Counted from the stretch's first letter, positions 17,841-27,333 are shown. The stretch is 51,371 nt of DNA from an uncultured Burkholderiaceae bacterium (GCA_964616395.1 CAZTUT010000003.1:1-51371); one strand, 5' to 3'. Made by a program: numbers and translations. The notes: a model not told the origin generated them from the sequence alone.

Positions 17841-20096
17841 ATGGCTGACTGGTTGGACCTTCAATCCCGCTTTCGCTCCCACATTCATCCCCGCGTTGAG
17901 TTCCGCGCGCGGTCGCACGCGGGCTCGCCACGCAGCGCGCTTTCGCGCGTCGCCGCGGCCGTGCTGCTGGCACTTGGCGCCAGCCCGCTGGCGGCGCAGC
18001 AGACCGCGCTGCCGGCCGTCACGGTCTCGGGCCGCGCCGCGCCGCTCGATGAACCGGTGAGCTTCCCGGAGTTCGGCGGCCTGTCGGCGGGCGAACTGCC
18101 GGTGTCGATCACCTCGCTGCGCGCACGCGAGCTGCGCGACGAAGGCACCAGCAGCCTGTCGCAGGCGATCCGCCGCGATCCATCGGCCAGCGACGCCTAC
18201 AACACGGTTGGCTACGTGGAGTCGATCCAGATCCGCGGCTTCCTGCTCGACGGCCTGCTCAACTATCGCCGCAACGGTCTGCCGGTATCGGCGTTCACGC
18301 CGTTCTCGCTGGTCACCAAGCAGCAGGTCGATGTGCAGAAGGGCCTCAATGGCGTGGTCACCGGCAGCAGCAGTCCGGGCGGCACCGTCAACTTCATCAC
18401 CAAGCGGGCGACGATCGATGTCAGCGAAGCAGCGCTCGACATCGGCGAGCGCGGCACCTGGCTGGCCAGCGCCGACCTCGGGCGCCGCATCGGCGAGGAC
18501 TTTGGATTCCGGCTGAACGTGGCCGCCGGCCAGCGCCGTCCGCATGCGCGCGATGCGGAAGGGACGCAGACCGTGGTCGGTGGCGCGATCGACTGGCGCG
18601 GCCCGGCCGGCATCCGCGCGGAAGCCGAGTTCGAGGTGCACAACTCGCGCCAGATCAGCGTGCCGGGCTTCGGCCTGCTCGATCGCGATGGCGACGGCGT
18701 GGCCGAGACGCTGCCGGCGCCGGTCGATCCGCGCCTGAACCTGAATAATCAGCCGTGGTCGCAGCCGTTCGACAACCGCTCGCGCGTCGGTACCGCCAAG
18801 CTGTCGGTGCCGGTCGCCGCGCAGTGGACGGTGACCGTCTCGGGCCTGCTGCAGAAGACGCTGACCAACGACCGGCTTGCGTTCCCCGATGGCTGCAGCA
18901 GCGGTCCGAACTACGTGTACCCGGGCCTGTGCGGCAACGGTGAGGTCGACATCTACGACTACCGCAGCAGCAACGAGCGGCGCAGCACGCGCGTGCTCGA
19001 CGTGGCGCTCGACGGCCGCGTGACGCTGGGTGGCCTGACCCACCGGCTGCGGCTGGCGCCGCGCACCACCCGCTACAGCGAGCGGTTCGAGGACGCGCAG
19101 GCCTACAACTACGTGGGCACGATCAACGCGTTCGCACCGGTGCTGCTACCGGCCGATCCGAGCCTGACGTCGCTGAACACGCTGCGCGACCTGCGCATCG
19201 ACGACATGCAGCTTTCCGACACCATCGACCTGAGCGACCGCTGGCGGCTGTTCGCCGGCACGCGACTGGTGCGGGTGGAGGCCGCCAGCTGGCGCAGCGA
19301 CGGCGCGCGCGCGCTGCGCTTCACGCAGAACGCCGCCACGCCGTGGCTGGCGCTCGGCTACAGCTACGCGCCGGGCAACATGGTCTATGCGTCGATCAAC
19401 CGCGGCTTCGAGGTCGAGGCCGTGCCAAACCGGCCGTCGCTGTTCGTCAACGCCGGCCAGTTACTGCCGGCGGCGCGCAGCACGCAGGCCGAGGCCGGCT
19501 GGCGCGGCGCGTTCGGCACAGGAAAGACAGCCAGCGTGGCGCTGTTCGAGATCCGCCGCCCGCTGTCCGACGATCGCGCGGTGGCGCCCAATGCCAGCGG
19601 CGCGGCGCTGGAGCGCGTGGCCGAGGGCCGCGAGGCGAAACATCGCGGCATCGAGATGGAAGGATCGTGGCAGCTCTCGCGCGCCTGGCGCCTCAACGCG
19701 CAGGCGATGGTGCTCGATGCGGTGCTCGACCGCAGCCTCGATCCGCAGCTGGAAGGAAAGCGCGCCACCAATGTGCCCAAGGTCGCCGGCTCGCTGCAGG
19801 CCGACTGGCGGCCGGCCGCACTGCCCGGCCTGCTGATCGGCAACCGGCTGTTCTACTCGGGCGAACGCGCGATCACGCGCGACAACAGCGCGATGCTGCC
19901 GTCGTGGTGGCAGTGGGACGCGTGGGCCACGCTGCCGCTGCGGGTCGGCGGCATCGACACGCAGTGGCGCGCCGGCGTGGAGAACGTGACAGATCGCCGG
20001 TACTGGCGCGAGGCCCCGACCCAGTACTGGGGCGGCACCTATCTGTTCCCGGCACAGCCGCGCACGTTCCGGCTCGGCGTCAGCGTGATGCTGTAG
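17841..20096 (+). CDS. TonB-dependent outer-membrane receptor (riboswitch-controlled; candidate thiamine/thiamine-precursor receptor)
   Basis: A signal peptide ends in ASPLAAQQ and is followed by a TonB-box-like ALPAVTVSG. Plug motifs are present (VESIQIRGF, RRNGLP). The long beta-barrel has a C-terminal RYWREA...PRTFRLGVSV. GGAG lies 8 nt before ATG 17841. Confidence 0.85.
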   Translation: MADWLDLQSRFRSHIHPRVEFRARSHAGSPRSALSRVAAAVLLALGASPLAAQQTALPAVTVSGRAAPLDEPVSFPEFGGLSAGELPVSITSLRARELRDEGTSSLSQAIRRDPSASDAYNTVGYVESIQIRGFLLDGLLNYRRNGLPVSAFTPFSLVTKQQVDVQKGLNGVVTGSSSPGGTVNFITKRATIDVSEAALDIGERGTWLASADLGRRIGEDFGFRLNVAAGQRRPHARDAEGTQTVVGGAIDWRGPAGIRAEAEFEVHNSRQISVPGFGLLDRDGDGVAETLPAPVDPRLNLNNQPWSQPFDNRSRVGTAKLSVPVAAQWTVTVSGLLQKTLTNDRLAFPDGCSSGPNYVYPGLCGNGEVDIYDYRSSNERRSTRVLDVALDGRVTLGGLTHRLRLAPRTTRYSERFEDAQAYNYVGTINAFAPVLLPADPSLTSLNTLRDLRIDDMQLSDTIDLSDRWRLFAGTRLVRVEAASWRSDGARALRFTQNAATPWLALGYSYAPGNMVYASINRGFEVEAVPNRPSLFVNAGQLLPAARSTQAEAGWRGAFGTGKTASVALFEIRRPLSDDRAVAPNASGAALERVAEGREAKHRGIEMEGSWQLSRAWRLNAQAMVLDAVLDRSLDPQLEGKRATNVPKVAGSLQADWRPAALPGLLIGNRLFYSGERAITRDNSAMLPSWWQWDAWATLPLRVGGIDTQWRAGVENVTDRRYWREAPTQYWGGTYLFPAQPRTFRLGVSVML

Positions 20097-20200
20097 GTCT
20101 GCGACCGCATTGAACCCGCGTTGCACGCGCATCGCACGCGGGGATTGACCGGAGGGCGATCGCCGGGCTCGGCGAGTTCAGACGCGCATCGGACGCGAGC

Positions 20201-21145
20201 TCAGGCGCTGGGGCCGGTGTACGGGCGCTGACGGATCCACTTGGTGGCGATCCACTTCTCGCCGGCGCTCACCGGGCTGCCGCCGTGCAGCGAGCGGCGG
20301 TCGAGCTGACCTTCCTCGGTCGCGTAGGCGAAATACAGCGCATTGCCCTTGCGCGGCAGCACGTCGAGGCCAAGATCCGGAAACACGGTGGAGCCGCCGG
20401 CAGGCACATCGTTCAGGTACATGATCAGCGTGGCCATGCGCTGGCCACCCATCGCCAGCATCTTGTCGTTGCCCTCGTGCGCTGGATCGAAGTAGTCGAA
20501 ATGCGGCTTGTATTCGGTGCCGGGTGTGTAGTGCAGCACCTGGATCGGTTCGCCATGTTCGACCGGGCTGCCGACGAGTTCGCTGATGCGGCGCTCGATC
20601 CGCCGCACCAGATCGGTCTCGCCGCGCTGGAAGTGGGTGCCGCTGCTGGTGCGGTCCGGATGCACGTCGTAGGCGCCAGTCTGCGCGTTGACGACCGTGG
20701 AGCGCTCCAGCTTCACGCTGGCCTGGCGCACCAGTTCGTCGCACTCGTCGTGCGACAGCAGGTCGCCGAACAGCACCACGCGCGGCGCGTTGAGCGCGAA
20801 CAGCATGTGCACGCGGCGGTCCGCGGTCTCGATCGCGTTGCCGGCAGCGGCGATGATCTCGGAGGCGCTGGCCTCGGCACGCGGCGTGCCATCGGCGGGT
20901 TCGGCAGCCAGAACAGGCGTCGACGCAGCGGCAACCTGCTCGGCAGGTACGTTGGCGGGCACGCTGGCAGAAGCGCGGCGCTGCGAAGCCTCGCGTGCCA
21001 GCGCCAGCTCCACCGCCTGGCGCGCGAACTTTGGCTGGTAGCCGGCGGCGCGCAATGCCTGCACCAGCGCGTCGCGGTCGACGCCGCGGCCCATGTTGTC
21101 GGTCAACCAGCGTTTCAGGTCGGGTGCCAGGGAGTCGTACTGCAT
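20201..21145 (-). CDS. 2OG-Fe(II) oxygenase of the prolyl 4-hydroxylase (P4Hc) type
   Basis: The P4H facial triad and 2OG-binding pattern are present: PHFDYF (HxD), GGSTVFP, SLHGGSPVSAGEKWIATKWIR. The N-terminal roughly 100 aa form a helical/Ala-rich extension. The start is at the internal ATG 21145 (MQYDSLAPDL). Confidence 0.8.
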   Translation of the reverse strand: MQYDSLAPDLKRWLTDNMGRGVDRDALVQALRAAGYQPKFARQAVELALAREASQRRASASVPANVPAEQVAAASTPVLAAEPADGTPRAEASASEIIAAAGNAIETADRRVHMLFALNAPRVVLFGDLLSHDECDELVRQASVKLERSTVVNAQTGAYDVHPDRTSSGTHFQRGETDLVRRIERRISELVGSPVEHGEPIQVLHYTPGTEYKPHFDYFDPAHEGNDKMLAMGGQRMATLIMYLNDVPAGGSTVFPDLGLDVLPRKGNALYFAYATEEGQLDRRSLHGGSPVSAGEKWIATKWIRQRPYTGPSA

Positions 21146-21390
21146 CGGCGAAGTCCTCTCGGCCAATGGGGTCCGGAATCGGGTTCCAGGAATCACGCGC
21201 ATCGCTGCGCCGCCACGAGGATAACGGGATCGGGCTACCGCTACACCAAGGTTCAATGGCGGATCGGCGCGATCGGCCCGAGACTCGGCGGACCTTCGCC
21301 CGGTCCGGGCGCGGGCGCGTGACGTCGCGCTGCCTGCCACTTGGGCAACCCGCGCGATGCACGACGCACATGACCGTCTCTGGAGCCACC

Positions 21391-23700
21391 ATGACCCCTG
21401 CGCTCGCCGCGCTGTTCCGCCCCCTTCGTCTCGCCATGCTGCTGCTGCTTGCGGCCACCGCCAGCGCCGCGCATGCCGTCAGCTGGCCGCAGGAGATCGA
21501 TGCGGCCGAAGGCACGATCGTCGTCTACCAGCCGCAGCCGGAGACGCTGAAGGGCAACGTGCTGACCGGCCGGGCGGCAATGGCGCTACAGGTGAAAAAT
21601 CGCAAGGACCCGATCTTTGGTGCGTTCTGGTTCACCGCCCGCGTCGATACCGACCGCGCCGCCGGCACTGCGCGCGTGCGCGACCTCAAGGTCACGCAGG
21701 TGCGCTGGCCCGACTCCAAGGATGCCGACGAGCAGCGCTTCACCAAGGCGGTCGAAGCAGCGATGCCCACGGCCGGCTTCGACATCTCGCTGGCGCGCCT
21801 GACCGCCAGCCTGGCCACCGCCGAGCGCGAGCAGCAGAGCGTCGAGGCGCTGAAGAACGATCCGCCGAAGATGGTGTTCAGCAACGCGCTCGCCGTGCTG
21901 CTCACCTTTGACGGCGCACCGCGCTTTGCCGCGGTGGAGAACAGCCGCTTCGAGCGCGCGCTGAATACGCCCTTCCTGGTGGTGCGCGACAAGGACGGCA
22001 AGAAGGCGTGGCTGAGCAGCGGCTCGCTGTGGTACGAGGCGGCCGATGCGCTCGGCCCGTGGACGCCAACGCAGTCGCCACCGGCCGACCTGGTCAAGAT
22101 GCTGCCGCCGGCCGACGCGTCGTCGCCCGCGCCCAAGACGCCGCCGCGCATCGTCGTGGCCACCGAGCCGACCGAACTGATCGTCAGCGACGGCGCGCCG
22201 CGCTGGAAGAGCCTGCCCGGCGGCAAGCTGCTCTATGTGGAGAACACCGAGACCGCGTGGGTGCGCGAACTGGCCACTGGCTCGATGTACGTGCTGCTGT
22301 CGGGTCGCTGGTTCCGCGCCAAGGCCGAGGCGGGACCCTGGACCTTCGTGCGCGCCGACCAGTTGCCGGCGGCCTTCAAGGAAATCCCGGCCGGCTCGGA
22401 CATCGGCGGCGTACGAGTCTCGGTCGCCGGCACCCCCGAGGCCGAGGAAGCAATCCTCGATGCGCAGATTCCGCAGACCGCGGCGATCAAGCGCAGCGAA
22501 GCGAAGCTCGACGTGCACTACGACGGCACGCCACGCTTCGAGCCGATCAGCGGCACCAGCGTGTCGTACGCGGTCAACACCGGCAGCCAGGTGCTGAAGA
22601 TCGCCGAGCGCTACTACGCGGTGGACAACGGCGTGTGGTTCACCGCTGCCGCGCCCACCGGCCCGTGGGCGGTGGCCGACAGCATCCCGCAGGACGAGAT
22701 CAAGAAGATCCCGCCCAGCTCGCCGGTGCACAACACCACCTACGTGACGATCTACGACTCGACCCCCGAGGTCGTCTATGTTGGCTACACGCCCGGTTAC
22801 ATGTGGTCGTTCCCGTATTACGGCGTACCGGTCTATGGCTCCGGCTGGTACTACCCGCCCTACGGCGGCCCGTTCTATTACCCGCGGCCGCCGACCTGGG
22901 GCTTCAACATCGGCTACAACCCGTGGACCGGCTGGACCTTCGGTCTGAGCTGGAGCGTGGGCTTCATGAACGTGGGCGTCAGCTGGGGGGGCGGCTGGGG
23001 CGGCGGCTACCGGCCGGGCGGCTGCTGCGGCGGCTGGTACGGCGGCGGCTGGAACCGTCCGCCGGTGATCATCAATACCGGCAACATCAACATCGGCAAC
23101 AGCGTGAACATCGGTAACCGGACCAACATCGGCAACAAGATCGGCAAGGACAACAAGATCAACCTGTCACAGAGCAATCACAACATCTATCAGCGGCCGG
23201 AGGCGCGCAACCGGATGGCCGAGCCGGCGCTGGTCAAGAAGGACATGACCCAGGCCCGCGCATCGCGCGACAAGCAGAACAACGTATTTGCCGACAAGAA
23301 CGGCAACGTGGCGCGCCGCAATGGCGATCAGTGGGAAGTGCGCGACAACGGCAAGTGGTCACCTGAGTCCGGCGGCAAGGACAACCGCCCGGCGGCCGCG
23401 GCGCGACCGGCCGAGCAGCGGCCGGCGTTGCCCAAGGCCGATGACCGGCCGGCTGTGGCGAAGGCCGAGAGCCGACCGGAGTTGCCCAAGGCAGACAGCC
23501 GGCCCACGCCAGCAGCCGCTACGGCGCGACCCGCGCCAGCAGCGCCCGCAGCCCGCCCGGCCGCTGCGCCGGCGCGTATTGATCGTGGCGATCTGGATCG
23601 CGCCAACAGCGCGCGCCAGACCGCGCAGACACGCGAGCGCGCGGCTGCACCGCGTCCCGCCGCGGGCGCGGCGCGTGGCGGCGGCGGTCTGCATCGCTGA
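21391..23700 (+). CDS. Large secreted protein of unknown function (three GxW[FY]..GPW modules, a Gly/Trp/Tyr-rich segment, NIGN hexapeptide repeats, a Pro/Ala-rich tail)
   Basis: The signal peptide is MTPALAALFRPLRLAMLLLLAATASAAHA, with GGAG 5 nt upstream of ATG 21391 (ATG 21370 is also possible). Coding-like GC3 runs to the stop at 23700. I recognise no family. The track ORF start at 20995 overlaps the divergent promoter region and is not credible. Confidence 0.75.
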   Translation: MTPALAALFRPLRLAMLLLLAATASAAHAVSWPQEIDAAEGTIVVYQPQPETLKGNVLTGRAAMALQVKNRKDPIFGAFWFTARVDTDRAAGTARVRDLKVTQVRWPDSKDADEQRFTKAVEAAMPTAGFDISLARLTASLATAEREQQSVEALKNDPPKMVFSNALAVLLTFDGAPRFAAVENSRFERALNTPFLVVRDKDGKKAWLSSGSLWYEAADALGPWTPTQSPPADLVKMLPPADASSPAPKTPPRIVVATEPTELIVSDGAPRWKSLPGGKLLYVENTETAWVRELATGSMYVLLSGRWFRAKAEAGPWTFVRADQLPAAFKEIPAGSDIGGVRVSVAGTPEAEEAILDAQIPQTAAIKRSEAKLDVHYDGTPRFEPISGTSVSYAVNTGSQVLKIAERYYAVDNGVWFTAAAPTGPWAVADSIPQDEIKKIPPSSPVHNTTYVTIYDSTPEVVYVGYTPGYMWSFPYYGVPVYGSGWYYPPYGGPFYYPRPPTWGFNIGYNPWTGWTFGLSWSVGFMNVGVSWGGGWGGGYRPGGCCGGWYGGGWNRPPVIINTGNINIGNSVNIGNRTNIGNKIGKDNKINLSQSNHNIYQRPEARNRMAEPALVKKDMTQARASRDKQNNVFADKNGNVARRNGDQWEVRDNGKWSPESGGKDNRPAAAARPAEQRPALPKADDRPAVAKAESRPELPKADSRPTPAAATARPAPAAPAARPAAAPARIDRGDLDRANSARQTAQTRERAAAPRPAAGAARGGGGLHR

Positions 23701-23730
23701 TCCGGCAGGCGGTGGGGCGTCTGGCGGCGC

Positions 23731-23764
23731 CCTGCGGTCCGCGTCAAACCGCAGGCGTGTTTCC
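23731..23764 (+). terminator. Candidate intrinsic terminator after the large secreted-protein gene
   Basis: The stem is CCTGCGGT/ACCGCAGG with a 9-nt loop, followed by CGTGTTTCC. It lies 30 nt after the stop codon. Confidence 0.45.
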
Positions 23765-24104
23765 ACAGTCCAGACCGCGCAAGCCGGGAGAGTCAGCTCG
23801 GCCGCTTGCAGCGAACCATTCAGCAGCGCCGCCGGGGCGCTGAGTGACCTGCGCGTTACCCGTCGTGATACGCACCGCACGCAAGGCGGCGCGCCTCGCA
23901 GTCCCGCCGGTGTGACAGGTGACGGATCATTCTTCAGCGGCGTTTCATTGATCCATCCGCCGCGGCGCTCAGCGTCCGGACAAGTTGTCAACGCAGTCGG
24001 TAACGGCAAGCTCACGTGTCGGAACAATCACGCTTGCACTTCCGCCGACAACTCCCGGCGCGGCAAGCGCGCGGGAGGAAATCCCCACGCGCGCTCACTC
24101 CTTG

Positions 24105-24251
24105 CTAAGCACGGCGCGCCTGAATCACATTCACCAGAAAAACGATGATCGCGACGACCAACAGCACGTGGATAAAGCCGCCCATCGTGTACGAGGTGAC
24201 AAGGCTCAGAAGCCAAAGTGCGATCAACACTGTTGCAATGATCCACAGCAT
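24105..24251 (-). CDS. lmo0937-family small membrane protein (48 aa)
   Basis: This ORF is not in the track because it is under 60 aa. Its translation is MLWIIATVLIALWLLSLVTSYTMGGFIHVLLVVAIIVFLVNVIQARRA, which closely follows the lmo0937-family pattern. An AAGGAG SD lies 7 nt upstream. A GC-rich hairpin follows the stop. Confidence 0.8.
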   Translation of the reverse strand: MLWIIATVLIALWLLSLVTSYTMGGFIHVLLVVAIIVFLVNVIQARRA

Positions 24252-24643
24252 GGTGCAACTCCTTATCAGATCAAACTGACGCTACGAAAGCCGGGATGTT
24301 CCTTCCCGGCTTGCATTGAAATGTAGGCGCGCTGTCGAATCAGGTCTGTGCGCAAGCGAACACTCGGCACACATCGACGCGGGGACAGTCATGCGGTGGC
24401 CACTGGCAGGCGATGGAACTCTCGATCGGACCACGCGCTGACGAAGGTCAGTCCAGCCGTAAAGGGTCCGGCGAACGGGATCACGTCGCTCGGCTCGACG
24501 CTCGCGCCACCACATAACCGCTGCATGGGATGGTGCTTCGTGCGGCGCCGAACAGACCCGTTGCCGCGGGGCGACTAAGTTGCGTATCAGGTTGAGATAG
24601 CGGCCCGAACCCGGGCTGCGTCACAGCAGGTTACGGAAAGCCC

Positions 24644-25210
24644 ATGCGCCTGTTCGCCATCGATCACAGCCCCACACTCAATCGCATTGACTTCAACGTC
24701 GACGGCACGGCAGTGCTGCTGGCCGCAGCTCTCGTGTCCACGACTGCGCGTCAAGATGAGCTGGCAGCCATGGCCCTGATACTGACCGGGCTGGGCAGCT
24801 GGATCACGAAGCGCAAGCACTGGCGCACGTGTCACCACCCTAGCGACCAGGCGCCCGACGACGGCGTAACGAGCGCGCTAAAGGACCACGTCGTTCGCAC
24901 AACGCATTCGTGCCCGCCGAGGATTGCAAATGGTTCTACGGAAGCGCCGTCCGCTGCCAGTGCCGGACAAGGCGGCACTGCCTTGCCGATGCACTTCGCT
25001 GGCCACAAAGCCATGCCGTGCGACGACTCGCTCGAGCTCGACGCGAGGATCGAGGCCAACCCGGTAGCCGAGTGGCAGGTCGTCGAGAACCGCACCCAAA
25101 TCATCGCGCCGATCAGCGAGCAGGACTCATCGACCCGACGTCTGCTCGTGGACGTCCTGAGCGACGAGCAGGAGCACGCCGCAAAGCTGAAGGACTCGCT
25201 CGCCGACTGA
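24644..25210 (+). CDS. Hypothetical protein; the C-terminal ~60 aa resemble ferritin-like helices (possible gene remnant)
   Basis: The C-terminus SLELDA...STRRLLVDVLSDEQEHAAKLKDSL resembles bacterioferritin helices C-D (ALELDG...[23 protein letters not shown]). The N-terminal half has no recognisable features and the SD is weak. It may be a pseudogene or not expressed. Confidence 0.3.
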   Translation: MRLFAIDHSPTLNRIDFNVDGTAVLLAAALVSTTARQDELAAMALILTGLGSWITKRKHWRTCHHPSDQAPDDGVTSALKDHVVRTTHSCPPRIANGSTEAPSAASAGQGGTALPMHFAGHKAMPCDDSLELDARIEANPVAEWQVVENRTQIIAPISEQDSSTRRLLVDVLSDEQEHAAKLKDSLAD

Positions 25211-25276
25211 TGCGACTGGCCCTCGTTCACGCGGCACGCGGGTTCGAGGATTTTTCACTCACGTAAGGGAAATCAA

Positions 25277-25513
25277 ATGAACTGGGACCGTATTGAAGGT
25301 AACTGGAAGCAAGTCACCGGCAGGGCCAAGGAACAATGGGGCAAGCTGACCGACGACGACCTTGACGTCATCGCCGGGCGCCGCGACCAGTTGGCAGGCA
25401 AGATCCAGGAGCGCTACGGCGTGGCCAAGGACGAGGCCGAAAAGCAGTTGGCGGCGTGGGAGCGTTCCGCGACCGACGCATGGTTCACGGTCGAAAAGAA
25501 GAAGCTCAACTGA
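25277..25513 (+). CDS. CsbD-family general stress protein
   Basis: MNWDRIEGNWKQVTGRAKEQWGKLTDDDLDVIAGRRDQLAGKIQERYG is a textbook CsbD domain. An AAGGGA SD is present. Confidence 0.9.
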   Translation: MNWDRIEGNWKQVTGRAKEQWGKLTDDDLDVIAGRRDQLAGKIQERYGVAKDEAEKQLAAWERSATDAWFTVEKKKLN

Positions 25514-25533
25514 GCCGCGGCTGCTGTTGACGA

Positions 25534-25586
25534 CTGCGCGGGTCAGGCCGGCTGTCAGCCGCTGCCCCGCGCAGCGTTGTTCGTTC
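25534..25586 (+). terminator. Candidate terminator after csbD-like gene
   Basis: A 9-bp stem CTGCGCGGG (25534-42) / CCCGCGCAG (25566-74) is followed by CGTTGTTCGTTCG. The loop is long (23 nt). Confidence 0.35.
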
Positions 25587-25775
25587 GACGAGCTGCGACA
25601 GGTCACCCTGTTGCAGCCGATCGCGCAAGTCGACGCACTGTCACTGCCACACCCGGCCGATGCTGTTCGAGGTGCGCGGGCTCGGGCTGCCGCTGCGCGA
25701 GCGACACCAGCCCGCATCAGGCTGCGACACGCCGAGCGAGCGCACAGGCGCACGCTGCCGGCACGCCGCACCAAC

Positions 25776-27212
25776 TCACAGCCAGTACTGCCAGAGCCGG
25801 GCCGCCTGTTCCTTGATCCGCAGGTGCAGCGGACGGCGCTCCCACTGATCGAGCGTGATCGCATCCGACGCGGCGAGGTCCTTGTCGAACATCGCCTGCA
25901 CCTGTGCGCCGAACTCCGCGCCGAGTACCACGGCATTGAGTTCATGGTTGTGCAGGAAGCTGCGCCAATCGAGGTTGGTCGAGCCGACAGTCGCCCAGAC
26001 GCCATCGATCAACGCCGTCTTCGAGTGAAGGATCACGCCGCGTCGCTCGAAGATCCTGACGCCCGCGCGCAGCAGCTGCGTGTAGTAGCTGCGCCCGGCA
26101 TGGAAGATCAGGGCCGAATCCGTGCGGCTGGGCAGGATCAGCTTCACGTCGACGCCGCGCTGGACCGCGGCCTCGAACGCAGCGAGCAGCTGCGGATCGG
26201 GCGCGAAGTAGGCGTTGGTCAGGTGCACGCTGGTTTCGGCACTGCCGATGGCCGACAGCAAGGTGGCATAGATCAGGCTGAACGGCTCGTCGGGCGAACT
26301 GGCGATGGCGCGCACGACCTGCCGCCCGACGTTCTCAGGCGGCGGGAAGTAGTTCCGGGGCGCCAGCGGTTCCCCCTTCTGGGCGGCCCACGCGGCAAGG
26401 AAGATCTTCTGCAGCTCGGCGACCACGGGCCCCCGCAGCTGCAGATCGGTATCGCGCCAGGCGGGGCCGCTGTCGGGCGCGTTGGTTGGTTTGCCGCGCG
26501 ACCCCTGCCGGAACGAGCCGCCCGAGTAGACACTGCTGATGTTGATTCCGCCCAGGAATGCGATCCGCCCGTCGACGATCAAAAGCTTGCGGTGGTCGCG
26601 CTGGTTCAGCTCCCAGGTCTTGCGTGCCACCAGGGGGTTGATCGGGTTGAACTCCAGCACGCGGATGCCGCTATCGGCCAGACGCTCGAAGAACGCCGCG
26701 GATGTGCCGAGAGTGCCGACGCTGTCGCGGATCAGGTTGACCTGCACGCCCTGCTTCTGCTTGTCGATCAATGCCTGCGCAAAACGCTGGCCGACTTCGT
26801 CGTCGTCCAGGATGTAGGTTTCGAGGTTGATGTGGTCGCGCGCGCTGACAATGGCGGCGTACATTGCCCGGTACGTGGCCGGTCCGTCCTGCAGCAACAC
26901 CACCTCGTTGCCGCTCGTCAACGGACTGCCGACGATGGCCTCCTCGAGTGCGAGATGGCGGTCGAAGATGCTGGTGTCCTGGCGACGGTTACGCAGGCCT
27001 TCGAGAATCGCCTTGCTCTGCGCGGCCGACAGCGGGCCTCGCGCCCCTTCGAGCTGAACCGGCGGACGCTTGTCGCGCGCCAGGTCGGGCACGATGGTCG
27101 GCAGGGAACTGCACGCGGCGAGCCCGATGAGACCCGCCACGCCGCACCCTGCAAGCGCAGCGACCCAGCGCAAGTCACGCTCGCGCAGCACCGAATACGC
27201 GCGTCTGAACAT
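25776..27212 (-). CDS. Phospholipase D-family protein (cardiolipin synthase ClsB-like), predicted lipoprotein
   Basis: Two HKD motifs are present: HRKLLIVDGRIAFLGGINIS and LHSKTALIDGVWATVGSTNLD. The N-terminal lipobox-like sequence is GLIGLAACSS. The start is at ATG 27212 (GTG 27248 is possible). Confidence 0.85.
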   Translation of the reverse strand: MFRRAYSVLRERDLRWVAALAGCGVAGLIGLAACSSLPTIVPDLARDKRPPVQLEGARGPLSAAQSKAILEGLRNRRQDTSIFDRHLALEEAIVGSPLTSGNEVVLLQDGPATYRAMYAAIVSARDHINLETYILDDDEVGQRFAQALIDKQKQGVQVNLIRDSVGTLGTSAAFFERLADSGIRVLEFNPINPLVARKTWELNQRDHRKLLIVDGRIAFLGGINISSVYSGGSFRQGSRGKPTNAPDSGPAWRDTDLQLRGPVVAELQKIFLAAWAAQKGEPLAPRNYFPPPENVGRQVVRAIASSPDEPFSLIYATLLSAIGSAETSVHLTNAYFAPDPQLLAAFEAAVQRGVDVKLILPSRTDSALIFHAGRSYYTQLLRAGVRIFERRGVILHSKTALIDGVWATVGSTNLDWRSFLHNHELNAVVLGAEFGAQVQAMFDKDLAASDAITLDQWERRPLHLRIKEQAARLWQYWL

Positions 27213-27333
27213 CCCCGCCCGCAGGCTCAGCTCTCGGCGATTGCGCACCCGGACTCGCTGCAGCTCGCACTGGCCGGCCTCGATAAAGAAAAGAAACCGT
27301 GCAGGCGTTCCGACGCAGCCCGGTAACGACTGA

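Noticed and set aside
20055-20096. The riboswitch-controlled TonB-dependent receptor ends in ...GVSVML rather than an aromatic residue
   Set aside because: A terminal Phe/Trp is common but not universal. A single-residue observation is insufficient to infer a defect or pseudogene. The rest of the barrel is intact.
20995-21390. N-terminal extensions of track ORFs. Examples are 20995 for the secreted protein, 50594 for waaA, 2898 for yejF, 21340 for the P4H gene and 36500 for the propeller lipoprotein.
   Set aside because: The extensions are Arg/Pro/Gly-rich and overlap neighbouring genes, divergent promoters or the tRNA. Internal ATGs with SD sequences give canonical N-termini.
25362-27326. 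654-aa plus-strand ORF. Further long antisense ORFs are 39673-41070, 42445-43785, 47338-48777 and 48879-50267.
   Set aside because: They are antisense to the PLD, AAA+ ATPase, FtsX permease, TolC and WaaA genes respectively, and have no domain signatures.
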